A stretch of DNA of 64,000 bases from an uncultured Verrucomicrobiae bacterium. Lineage in GTDB: Bacteria; Verrucomicrobiota; Verrucomicrobiia; Opitutales; JABDGR01. Of the stretch, positions 55,539 through 64,000 are shown piece after piece. Where the stretch lies: contig CAVXVB010000009.1 in the NCBI GenBank assembly GCA_963765205.1, forward strand, positions 914,590 to 978,589, given 5' to 3'. The translations under genes were made by a program, and so were the position numbers. Under the pieces are notes generated by a model. The model was not told the DNA's origin, made no database searches, and saw nothing but the letters and a program-made list of their open reading frames with translations. The number at the start of each line of letters is the position of its first letter. Positions within the stretch are counted from its first letter, which is position 1.

Positions 55539-58500
55539 GTCCGTCCCGGCCATTTATTCTGCGGCCCATTGCGACTTCGCTGCTGATGGTGGCGATATTG
55601 CTGGCGGGCGGCGTGGCGTATCTGCAGTTGCCGGTCTCGGCGCTGCCGGAGGTAGATTACCCGATTATCCAGGTGGTGACGTTTTATCCGGGGGCCAGCC
55701 CGCAGGTGATGGCGTCCTCGATTACCGCGCCGCTGGAGCGGCAATTCGGCGAAGTGCCGGGGCTGAACCAGATGACCTCGTCCAGCTCAAACGGCAGCTC
55801 AATCATCACGCTGCAATTCACGCTGGATTTGGACATTGATGTGGCCGAGCAGGAAGTGCAGGCGGCGATCAACGCCGCGTCCAGCTATCTGCCCAGTGAT
55901 TTGCCCAACCCGCCGGTTTACAGCAAGGTCAACCCGGCGGACGCGCCGGTGCTGACGCTGGCGTTGACTTCGAACACGCTGCTGCTGTCCAAGGTAGAAG
56001 ACCTGGCTGACACGCGGCTGGCGGGCAAAGTTTCGCAACTGTCGGGAGTCGGACTGGTTAGCATCAGTGGCGGGCAAAAGCCGGCGGTGCGCATTCAGGC
56101 CAACCCGACGATGCTCTCGTCGCTGGGGCTGAGTCTGGAAAGTTTGCGCGCCTCCATTGCGGCGGCGAACGTGGACCAGGCCAAGGGCAATTTTGACGGC
56201 GCAAGCCAGGCCTACACCATTGGCGCCAACGACCAATTGGTGTCCAGCGACCAATACCGCCCGATCATTGTCGCGTATGTGAAAGGCGCGCCGGTGCGGC
56301 TCGCGGACGTGGCCAACGTGATTGATGGCACGGAAGACACCAACCAGGCCGCCTGGATGAACCTTGTGCCGGCCGTCATCGTTAACATCCAACGCCAGCC
56401 GGGCGCGAACACCATCCAGGTCGTGGACCGCGTGAAAAAATTGCTGCCGCAGTTGCAGGCTTCGTTGCCCGCCTCGGTGAATCTTTCCATCCTGACCGAC
56501 CAGACCATCACGATCCGGGCCTCGGTGGCCGATGTGAAATTCGAGCTGTTCCTGACCATCGCCCTGGTGGTGATGGTGATCTTTTTGTTTTTGCGCAATA
56601 TTTGGGCCACCGTCATCCCGAGCGTGGCGGTGCCGCTGTCGCTGTTCGGCACCGTCGGGGTGATGGACCTGCTCGGCTACAGCCTGAACAACCTGACCCT
56701 GATGGCCCTGACGATTGCGACGGGCTTTGTGGTGGACGACGCCATTGTGATGATTGAAAACATCACCCGCTACGTCGAGGAGGGCGAGCCGCCGCTGCAA
56801 GCCGCCTTCAAGGGCGCGGAGCAAATCGGCTTCACCATCGTCTCGCTCAGCGTGACGCTGATCGCGGTGCTGATTCCGCTGCTGTTCATGGGCGACGTGG
56901 TGGGGCGGCTGTTCCGCGAGTTCGCCATCACGCTGGGCGTGACGATTTTAGTTTCGGCGTTCGTCTCCTTGACACTCACGCCCATGATGTGCGCGCGTTT
57001 ACTGCACCACAAGCCGGCCGCCGAGCAAAGCCGGATCTTCCGCGCATCCGAGCGACTTTTCCAGTCGGTGATAGACGCTTATGGCCGCTCGCTCACCTGG
57101 GTTTTGCGGCATCAAACCGCGACGCTGGTCGTGGCGGTGGCGACGCTGGCGCTGACAGCTTACCTCTACATTGTCATCCCCAAGGGCTTTTTCCCGGTGC
57201 AGGACACGGGCGAAATCCTCGGCATCTCAGAAGCGGCCCAAAGCACCTCCTTTGCCGCGATGGCCCAGGAGCAGCAGGCGCTGGCCAAAGTCATCCTCCA
57301 GGATCCGGCGGTGGACAATCTTTCCTCGTTCATCGGAATTGACGGCATTGACACCACGCTTAATAACGGCCGCATCCAGATCAACCTCAAGCCCATCGCG
57401 GAGCGCAAAATCAGCGCCAGCGACGTGATCCGCCGGCTCCAGCCCATCCTGACGCAAGCCGTCCCCGGCATCACGCTCTACATGCAGCCCGTGCAGGATT
57501 TGACCGTGGACGACCGTGTCAGCCGCACGCAATTTCAATACACGCTGGAAGACCCCAACACGGACGAATTGCATTCGTGGGTGGACCGCTTTGTGGCCAA
57601 ACTCCAAGATTTGCCGGAGTTGCGCGACGTGGCCAGCGACCAGCAGAATCTTGGGCTGCAGGTGCAGTTGGTCATTGACCGCGACACGGCCTCGCGGCTG
57701 GGCATCACGCCGCAGGCCATTGACGCGACGCTCTATGATGCCTTCGGCCAGCGCGAAATTTCGACCATCTTCACGCAACTTAATCAATATCACGTTGTCC
57801 TGGAGGCCAGCCCGCAATTCCAGCGCAATCCAGAGAACCTGGACCAAATTTTCATCCAATCGGTCAGTGGCACGGCCGTGCCGTTGAGCGCCATCGCGCA
57901 CATCGAGCGGTCGAACACGCCACTGACCGTCAATCATCAGGGACAGTTTCCGGTGGTGACCATTTCATTTAACCTCGCGCCCAACGTGTCCCTGGGTGAC
58001 GCGGTGAAAGCGATTGACGGCGTGCAGCGCGACTTGGCGATGCCGGCCAGCATTGAGGCATCCTTCCAAGGCACGGCCCAGGCATTCGAGGCCTCTTTGG
58101 CGAACGAGCCGTTGTTGATTCTGGCGGCCATCATCACCGTCTATCTGGTGCTCGGCGTGCTCTACGAAAGTTACATCCACCCGGTGACCATCCTGTCCAC
58201 GCTGCCTTCGGCGGCCGTCGGCGCGTTACTGGCCCTGCAACTAACGGGCAACGATTTCAGCGTCATCGCCTTGATTGGGATTGTGCTGCTGATTGGCATC
58301 GTGGCGAAAAACGCAATTATGATGATTGACTTCGCTCTCGACGCCGAGCGCAAGGAGGGCAAACCGCCGCGCGAGGCCATTTACCAGGCGTGCCTGCTGC
58401 GCCTGCGGCCCATTCTGATGACGACGATGGCGGCGCTGCTGGCGGGGGTGCCGTTGGCGCTCGGCTCGGGCATGGGCGCGGAACTGCGCCGGCCGCTGGG

Positions 58501-58696
58501 CATTTCCATCGTCGGCGGCTTGATCTTTAGCCAGATGCTCACGCTGTATACCACGCCGGTGATTTACCTCGCCTTTGATCGGTTAGGTCGGCGCATCGGC
58601 CTGATCAGTGATACCAAACCGGAGCCAGTGACAGAAGCGCCACCCACGTCATCCGCGACCCCACCCGCGCCGCCCCCCGTTCCGCAAGCGTCATGA
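55535..58696 (+). CDS. mdtB: RND multidrug efflux permease (MdtB-like)
   Basis: 1053-aa [62 protein letters not shown]... is near-collinear with E. coli MdtB from memory. The start overlaps the mdtA stop. Confidence 0.9.
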   Translation: MSPSRPFILRPIATSLLMVAILLAGGVAYLQLPVSALPEVDYPIIQVVTFYPGASPQVMASSITAPLERQFGEVPGLNQMTSSSSNGSSIITLQFTLDLDIDVAEQEVQAAINAASSYLPSDLPNPPVYSKVNPADAPVLTLALTSNTLLLSKVEDLADTRLAGKVSQLSGVGLVSISGGQKPAVRIQANPTMLSSLGLSLESLRASIAAANVDQAKGNFDGASQAYTIGANDQLVSSDQYRPIIVAYVKGAPVRLADVANVIDGTEDTNQAAWMNLVPAVIVNIQRQPGANTIQVVDRVKKLLPQLQASLPASVNLSILTDQTITIRASVADVKFELFLTIALVVMVIFLFLRNIWATVIPSVAVPLSLFGTVGVMDLLGYSLNNLTLMALTIATGFVVDDAIVMIENITRYVEEGEPPLQAAFKGAEQIGFTIVSLSVTLIAVLIPLLFMGDVVGRLFREFAITLGVTILVSAFVSLTLTPMMCARLLHHKPAAEQSRIFRASERLFQSVIDAYGRSLTWVLRHQTATLVVAVATLALTAYLYIVIPKGFFPVQDTGEILGISEAAQSTSFAAMAQEQQALAKVILQDPAVDNLSSFIGIDGIDTTLNNGRIQINLKPIAERKISASDVIRRLQPILTQAVPGITLYMQPVQDLTVDDRVSRTQFQYTLEDPNTDELHSWVDRFVAKLQDLPELRDVASDQQNLGLQVQLVIDRDTASRLGITPQAIDATLYDAFGQREISTIFTQLNQYHVVLEASPQFQRNPENLDQIFIQSVSGTAVPLSAIAHIERSNTPLTVNHQGQFPVVTISFNLAPNVSLGDAVKAIDGVQRDLAMPASIEASFQGTAQAFEASLANEPLLILAAIITVYLVLGVLYESYIHPVTILSTLPSAAVGALLALQLTGNDFSVIALIGIVLLIGIVAKNAIMMIDFALDAERKEGKPPREAIYQACLLRLRPILMTTMAALLAGVPLALGSGMGAELRRPLGISIVGGLIFSQMLTLYTTPVIYLAFDRLGRRIGLISDTKPEPVTEAPPTSSATPPAPPPVPQAS

Positions 58697-61600
58697 ACAT
58701 TTCGGAGCCATTCATTCGCCGTCCGATTGGCACGACGTTGCTGACCTTCGCGGTCGCGCTGGCGGGAGGATTGGCGTATTTTTTCCTGCCGGTGTCGCCG
58801 CTGCCGCAAGTGAATTTTCCGACCATCAGCGTGTCCGCCTCGCTGCCCGGGGCCAGCCCGGAAACCATGGCTTCGGCCGTGGCCACGCCGCTCGAGCGCC
58901 AGTTCACGCGCATCGCCGGCGTGTCGGAAATGACTTCGACCAGTTACCTCGGGTCTACCTCCATCACGTTACAATTCGACCTTGATCGCGACATTGACGC
59001 GGCGGCGCGCGATGTGCAGGCGGCCATCAATGCCGCCGCGGGCAACCTGCCAGCCAATCTGCCGATCAAACCCACCTGGCGCAAAGTCAACCCCGCCGAC
59101 GCGCCCATTTTAATTCTGGCCCTGACTTCGGACAATTACAGCCCGATGCAAATGTATGACGCCGCGGACTCCATTTTGCAGCAAAAGATCTCGCAAGTCG
59201 AAGGCGTGGGGCAGGTCGGTTTGGGCGGCGGCGCGTTGCCGGCGGTGCGGGTGGATGTGAATCCAACGATTCTGAACAGCGAGGGCCTGGGGCTGGAAAA
59301 TGTGCGCGCGGCCCTGGCCAGCGCCAATGCCAACACGCCCAAAGGCTCGCTCGCCAACGACCGGCAAACGGTGGCCCTGAGCACGACCGACCAATTACTT
59401 AAGGCCGCGCAATACCGCCCATTGATTGTGGCCTACAAAAACGGCGCGCCCGTCCGCCTCTCCGATATTGCGACCGTGACGGACTCCGTCCAAGACGTAC
59501 GTACGATGGGACTGGCCAACGGCAAGCCCGCGGTGCTGGTGTTCATCTTTCGCGAGCCGAATGCCAACATCATTGCCACGGTGGACCGGGTGCGCGCGCT
59601 CATTCCCGAACTGCAGGCCACCATCCCCGCCGACATCAAAATTTCCGTCGGCATGGACCGCACGCCCACCATTCGCGCCTCGGTGCATGACGTGCAACTA
59701 ACCATGCTTTGTTCACTGACCCTGGTGGCCCTGGTGGTGTTTGTGTTTCTGCGCGACTTGCGCACAACCTTCATTCCCTGCATGGTCGTGCCGGTCTCAC
59801 TGATTGGCACCTTTGGGTTCATGTATCTGGCCGGCTACACGGTGGACAACCTTTCGCTCATGGCGATGACGATTGCAACGGGGTTCGTGGTGGACGACGC
59901 GATTGTCGTGATAGAGAATATCATCCGCCATATCGAAGAGGGCGTGGCGCCGCGCGCCGCGGCGTTGCAAGGGGCGCGGGAAATCGGCTTCACCATCCTA
60001 TCCATCAGCATATCGCTCATCGCCGTCTTCATCCCGATTCTGCTAATGGGCGGCATCGTCGGCCGGCTCTTCCGGGAATTCGCGGTGACGCTGTCCGTGG
60101 CCATCGGCATTTCGATGATTGTGTCCCTCGCGGCGACGCCGATGATGTGCGCCATCCTGCTCAAGCCGCAGAGCGAGCAGCGGCACGGCCGCCTTTACCA
60201 TGCCAGCGAACGGTGTTTCGAGGCGATCCTGGGCGGCTATGCGCGGAGCCTCCGCTGGGTGCTGCGCCACCAATTCCTGATGATCCTGGTGACGCTCGCC
60301 ACGATCGGCATAACCATCTTCCTCTACGTCATCATCCCCAAGGGCTTTTTCCCCCAGCAGGATACCGGGCGGCTCCAAGGCAGCATCGTGGGCGACCAGA
60401 ACATCTCTTTCCAGGCCATGCGTCAATTGGTCAGCCAGATTGCCAAAGAAGTCGGGCAAGACCCGGCCGTGGATGCCCTGCTGGCCTCCGTCGGCGGGCA
60501 GTCCGCCATCAATTCCGGCCGCATGTTTGTGACGCTCAAAGCGCCGGCCATTCGCAAGCTGACGGCGGACCAGGTGGTCGCCCGGCTGCGCGGCAAGCTG
60601 GCGCACATTCCCGGGGCCACGTTGTATTTGCAAACGGTGCAGGAGTTAAAAGTAGGCGGGCGCGCGAGCAACGCCCAATATCAATACACTTTGCAGGACG
60701 ACGATCTCACGGAACTCAACACCTGGGCCATCACAATGCTCGACAAAATCAAGCATCTGCCTGGCCTAGTGGACGTGAGCAGCGACCAGCAAGACCGCGG
60801 GCTGGCCGCGCCTTTCACGGTGGATCGCGACACGGCTGCGCGCCTCGGCATCACGGCGCAAGCGGTGGACATCTCCCTCTACGATGCCTTTGGCCAGCGC
60901 GAGGTTTCCACCATGTATACACCATTGAACCAATATTTCGTCGTGATGGAGGTGGATCCGAAATTCTGGCAAAGCCCAGACGCCCGGAAATACGTTTACG
61001 TCACCGGGGCCAATGGCGCGCAGGTGCCGCTCAACGCCATTGCCACCTATGCCCCGAACACGACCTCACTCGCGGTCAACCACTCCGGGCAGTTTCCCTC
61101 GGTCACCCTATCCTTCAACCTGGCGCCGGGTTTTTCGCTGGGCACCGCGGTGACCGAGATTGCGCAGGCTCAGCGCGAAATGGGTGTGCCGCCAACGCTG
61201 CGCGGCAAGTTTTTCGGCACGGCGCAGGCCTACCAAAGTTCGCTTGCGAGCGAGCCGCTCCTCATCGTGGCGGCGTTGGTAAGCGTGTATATTGTTTTGG
61301 GCATATTGTATGAGAGTTTAATTCACCCGGTGACCATTCTTTCGACGCTGCCTTCGGCTGGCGTGGGCGCGCTGCTGGCGCTGCTTGTCTTCCAGACTGA
61401 ACTGAGTATCATCGCCTTGATCGGCATCATTCTGCTGATCGGCATCGTCAAGAAGAACGCCATCATGATGATAGACTTCGCGCTCGAAGGAGAGCGCCAG
61501 GGCAAGACCGCCGAGGCCGCCATTTTTCAGGCCTGCCTGCGGCGTTTCCGCCCCATTATGATGACGACGATGGCTGCGATGCTCGGCGGCTTGCCGCTGG

Positions 61601-61821
61601 CGCTGGGCGGAGGCACCGGGTCGGAACTGCGCCGGCCGCTGGGCATCGCCATCGTCGGCGGCCTGCTATTCAGCCAGATGCTGACTTTGTACACCACGCC
61701 CGTGATGTATATCTATCTCGACCGTTTCCAGGATTGGTGCCGCAGTCTGCGCCCCGCCCGCCAGCCGGCGCGGGCTCCATCGCCGCTGGCCACGCCTTCG
61801 GCGCCCGTCTCCCATTCTTGA
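58693..61821 (+). CDS. mdtC: RND multidrug efflux permease (MdtC-like)
   Basis: 1042-aa ORF. ...[64 protein letters not shown]... is near-collinear with E. coli MdtC from memory. The start overlaps the mdtB stop. Confidence 0.9.
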   Translation: MNISEPFIRRPIGTTLLTFAVALAGGLAYFFLPVSPLPQVNFPTISVSASLPGASPETMASAVATPLERQFTRIAGVSEMTSTSYLGSTSITLQFDLDRDIDAAARDVQAAINAAAGNLPANLPIKPTWRKVNPADAPILILALTSDNYSPMQMYDAADSILQQKISQVEGVGQVGLGGGALPAVRVDVNPTILNSEGLGLENVRAALASANANTPKGSLANDRQTVALSTTDQLLKAAQYRPLIVAYKNGAPVRLSDIATVTDSVQDVRTMGLANGKPAVLVFIFREPNANIIATVDRVRALIPELQATIPADIKISVGMDRTPTIRASVHDVQLTMLCSLTLVALVVFVFLRDLRTTFIPCMVVPVSLIGTFGFMYLAGYTVDNLSLMAMTIATGFVVDDAIVVIENIIRHIEEGVAPRAAALQGAREIGFTILSISISLIAVFIPILLMGGIVGRLFREFAVTLSVAIGISMIVSLAATPMMCAILLKPQSEQRHGRLYHASERCFEAILGGYARSLRWVLRHQFLMILVTLATIGITIFLYVIIPKGFFPQQDTGRLQGSIVGDQNISFQAMRQLVSQIAKEVGQDPAVDALLASVGGQSAINSGRMFVTLKAPAIRKLTADQVVARLRGKLAHIPGATLYLQTVQELKVGGRASNAQYQYTLQDDDLTELNTWAITMLDKIKHLPGLVDVSSDQQDRGLAAPFTVDRDTAARLGITAQAVDISLYDAFGQREVSTMYTPLNQYFVVMEVDPKFWQSPDARKYVYVTGANGAQVPLNAIATYAPNTTSLAVNHSGQFPSVTLSFNLAPGFSLGTAVTEIAQAQREMGVPPTLRGKFFGTAQAYQSSLASEPLLIVAALVSVYIVLGILYESLIHPVTILSTLPSAGVGALLALLVFQTELSIIALIGIILLIGIVKKNAIMMIDFALEGERQGKTAEAAIFQACLRRFRPIMMTTMAAMLGGLPLALGGGTGSELRRPLGIAIVGGLLFSQMLTLYTTPVMYIYLDRFQDWCRSLRPARQPARAPSPLATPSAPVSHS

Positions 61822-61828
61822 ATCTGCC

Positions 61829-63277
61829 ATGCACGACCCGACCCATCGGCCTTTCGCCTGTTATCGCCCCCTGACGGCGTTCTTCGCCGCAGCCGTGGCC
61901 GGCTGCACGGCGGTCGGGCCTAATTATGAACGGCCCCCCGTGCCCATTCCGGCCGCTTACAAAAGCGCGGCTCCCACCGAGACGACCACGCCACAGTTGG
62001 GTCACGATTGGTGGAAGCTCTTTAACGACCCACAGTTGGACCAACTTGAGACGCAGGCCGTCAAGGAAAACCAAACCATCCAGGCCGCCATGGCCAGCGT
62101 CGAGCAGGCCCGAGCCGCGGCCAAAGGCGTCAAGAGCGCGTTTTTTCCCGTTATTTCCTTCGACCCTTCCGTAACGCGATCTCATACCTCGGCCAACAAC
62201 AACGCCAGCGGCTTTTCGAACTCCGGCACCACGTCCACCAATTATTTACTACCCTTCGATTTGACTTATGAAGTGGACATCTGGGGGCAAGTACGCCGGT
62301 CGGTCGAGGCCGCGAATGCGCAGGTGCAGGCTTCGCAGGCCGATTACGAAGTCGTACTGCAAACCCTCGAAGCGGATCTAGCCCAGGATTATTTCACCCT
62401 GCACTCCTACGATGCCCAATACCAAACGCTGGTGGACACCGTCGCCACCTACCAAAAGCAACTGGACTTGACCAACCTCCAGTTCAAAGCCGGGTTGGAA
62501 AGCGAGGCGGACGTGGCCTCGGCGGAAGCATTGCTGGACGCGACCAAGACCCAGCAACTGGAAACCGCCCGCGAGCGCGACGAGGAGGAATACGCCATCG
62601 CCATCCTGGCCAACCGCGCGCCCACGGATTTCTCGCTCCCGCCCAGCCCGTTGCACGTCGAGCCTCCCGTCATCCCCGCCGGCTTGCCGGCGGACTTGCT
62701 GCGCCGGCGTCCCGATGTGGCCGCGGCTGAAGCCAATCTGGCGGCCGCCAGCGCGCAAATCGGCGTGGCCATGTCCGCATATTATCCGCAATTATCACTC
62801 ACCGGCGACGCGGGTTTTGAAAGCATAAAGAGTTCGAACCTGCTGGATTGGAGCAGCCGTATTTGGTCGCTGGGGCCGAGCGTGAGCCTGCCGCTTTTCA
62901 ACGGCGGCAAACTGGCGGCCAACCTTGAGCAACAACAGGCCTCGTATAACCAATTCCTGGCCCAGTATCGCGCCCAGGTGCTGTCGGCCTACCAAGATGT
63001 GGAGAATTCCCTGACCGACCTCCACTCCCGCGCCGACGAAGCCCAGGCCCAGGCCGCAGCCGTGCAAGCCTCGCAGGATTACGTCCGCCTGACCCAATTG
63101 CAGTTCCAGCAGGGACTGGTGGACTACTTGACGGTCATTGACGCGTTCCGGACGCTGCTGACCAACCAACTCACCGCCGAACAGATTCTGAACGAACGGC
63201 TCGTCTCGACAGTATTGCTGATCAAAGCCCTCGGCGGCGGGTGGGACGGGACGGCGCCGGGGCCGCCCAAGGATTAA
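61829..63277 (+). CDS. RND efflux outer membrane factor lipoprotein (NodT family)
   Basis: 482-aa ORF with lipobox AAAVAGCTAVGPNYERP. Two TolC-like repeat halves and WDLDIWG-type DIWGQVRR. Confidence 0.85.
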   Translation: MHDPTHRPFACYRPLTAFFAAAVAGCTAVGPNYERPPVPIPAAYKSAAPTETTTPQLGHDWWKLFNDPQLDQLETQAVKENQTIQAAMASVEQARAAAKGVKSAFFPVISFDPSVTRSHTSANNNASGFSNSGTTSTNYLLPFDLTYEVDIWGQVRRSVEAANAQVQASQADYEVVLQTLEADLAQDYFTLHSYDAQYQTLVDTVATYQKQLDLTNLQFKAGLESEADVASAEALLDATKTQQLETARERDEEEYAIAILANRAPTDFSLPPSPLHVEPPVIPAGLPADLLRRRPDVAAAEANLAAASAQIGVAMSAYYPQLSLTGDAGFESIKSSNLLDWSSRIWSLGPSVSLPLFNGGKLAANLEQQQASYNQFLAQYRAQVLSAYQDVENSLTDLHSRADEAQAQAAAVQASQDYVRLTQLQFQQGLVDYLTVIDAFRTLLTNQLTAEQILNERLVSTVLLIKALGGGWDGTAPGPPKD

Positions 63278-63413
63278 GGAGGCTGGAGGCGATTCAATAT
63301 CGCAGTCTCGACCGGGCGCTTTTTTATAGATGCCAGTAAATCCACGCCCAAGAAATTGATCCCACGCAATCTAAAACAGGCAACTGGCCGCAGTCCTAGA
63401 TAGGGCCGCCGTT

Positions 63414-63770
63414 TTATTCACGCCAGGTTTTGACAACCACGCCGTTCTGGAACTCGACCGCAGCGGTTTGGGTCGTGTGGGTTCGGTCCACGGCCACGTA
63501 GAAGATCATGAAAGTTTTGGCGGCAGTTTTGGTTTCGCTGTAATCCCACCGCCAAACCTCCCGGCCGTTGTCCTCGGTGATTTTTGTGGCTGGATACCCC
63601 AGCAGGTCGACCACAAAATCCTTGGGTTTACCGGGTTGGACTTGGGCGAACAAATCATCCGGGATGGTTTTTCCAGCGATATTGGTATTTGAACTGTTGG
63701 TGGCAAAACAGCCGGTCAAGCCGAGACCAAGCAGGCTGGCGGCGAAGAACGGAATAATTTCGGAAGCCAT
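63414..63770 (-). CDS. Small lipoprotein (BamE/SmpA-OmlA-like fold possible)
   Basis: 118-aa ORF with lipobox LGLGLTGCFA. ...VVDLLGYPATKITEDNGREVWRWDYS... resembles BamE-like lipoproteins. The family call is weak. Confidence 0.5.
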   Translation of the reverse strand: MASEIIPFFAASLLGLGLTGCFATNSSNTNIAGKTIPDDLFAQVQPGKPKDFVVDLLGYPATKITEDNGREVWRWDYSETKTAAKTFMIFYVAVDRTHTTQTAAVEFQNGVVVKTWRE

Positions 63771-64000
63771 AGTGGAATTTCATATGATTTATGGATACAG
63801 GCTGGAGGTTGCGGAGGTGCGAGCAGGTTGAATGCTGCGGAGTGCAGTGACTAATTTGACGGATTATAAGAAAAAGGCGGCACCAAGGAAATGGGGTGAA
63901 CACCCACCATCTTTTCGTTGGTCGGAGATTGACTGACTGGAGCAAAACGTTAGGACTAAGCGAAGACAATGGTGGCCTTTATTGCCGTGGTCATTCCGCA

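Noticed and set aside
63969-64000. ATG GTG GCC TTT ATT GCC GTG GTC ATT CCG... at the right edge
   Set aside because: It could be the start of a plus-strand membrane protein gene. Only 10 codons are visible and the ribosome-binding context is weak, so there is too little to call.

Overview
Visibly GC-rich bacterial chromosomal window (GC judged by eye, not computed), densely coding on both strands. Protein styles suggest a PVC / Verrucomicrobiota-like genome: Rho with a long disordered N-terminus, an ECF sigma factor with a huge C-terminal extension, an Asn/Thr-rich secreted protein, and a type IV pilus ATPase cluster. This taxonomic call is inference only.

Layout:
- 1-8227 (-): nine-gene, translationally coupled MoxR/DUF58 membrane module. 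Order is RDD, Zn-ribbon membrane proteins, DUF4129, DUF4350, MoxR, DUF58, SpoIIM-like.
- 8591-13154 (+): ytfQ-ytfR-ytfT-yjfF-like sugar ABC transporter.
- 13177-18037 (-): formylglycine-generating enzyme, then a soluble hybrid histidine kinase with a LacI-type sugar-binding sensor domain. The kinase is split by an apparent 1-nt deletion.
- 18331-23149 (-): molybdate uptake and molybdopterin cluster (moaD-moaE-moeA-moaC-mog-modE-like-modA-modB).
- 23650-27442 (+): sequon-dense secreted protein, HAD hydrolase, DUF721.
- 27682-33706 (+): rpsO, pnp, and an ECF sigma factor fused to a membrane anchor and about 20 repeats.
- 34134-35435 (+): GH53 galactanase.
- 35561-44748 (-): coaE, rho, pilB, pilT, a second pilB and pilC.
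- 44947 (+): efp.
- 45.5-54.2 kb: an accessory patch interleaved with core genes (fbaB, HAD, a SASA-type esterase). It holds an IS1595-family element with passenger ORFs, a ParE/RelE toxin-antitoxin cassette bracketed by a duplicated gene end, an IS5-family element and a zeta-toxin gene remnant.
- 54261-63277 (+): mdtA-mdtB-mdtC-like RND efflux operon with an outer membrane factor.

No rRNA, tRNA or CRISPR array could be supported. Many long ORFs in the track are antisense shadows of real genes, as is typical of GC-rich DNA. All family assignments come from remembered motifs and gene order, not from database searches.
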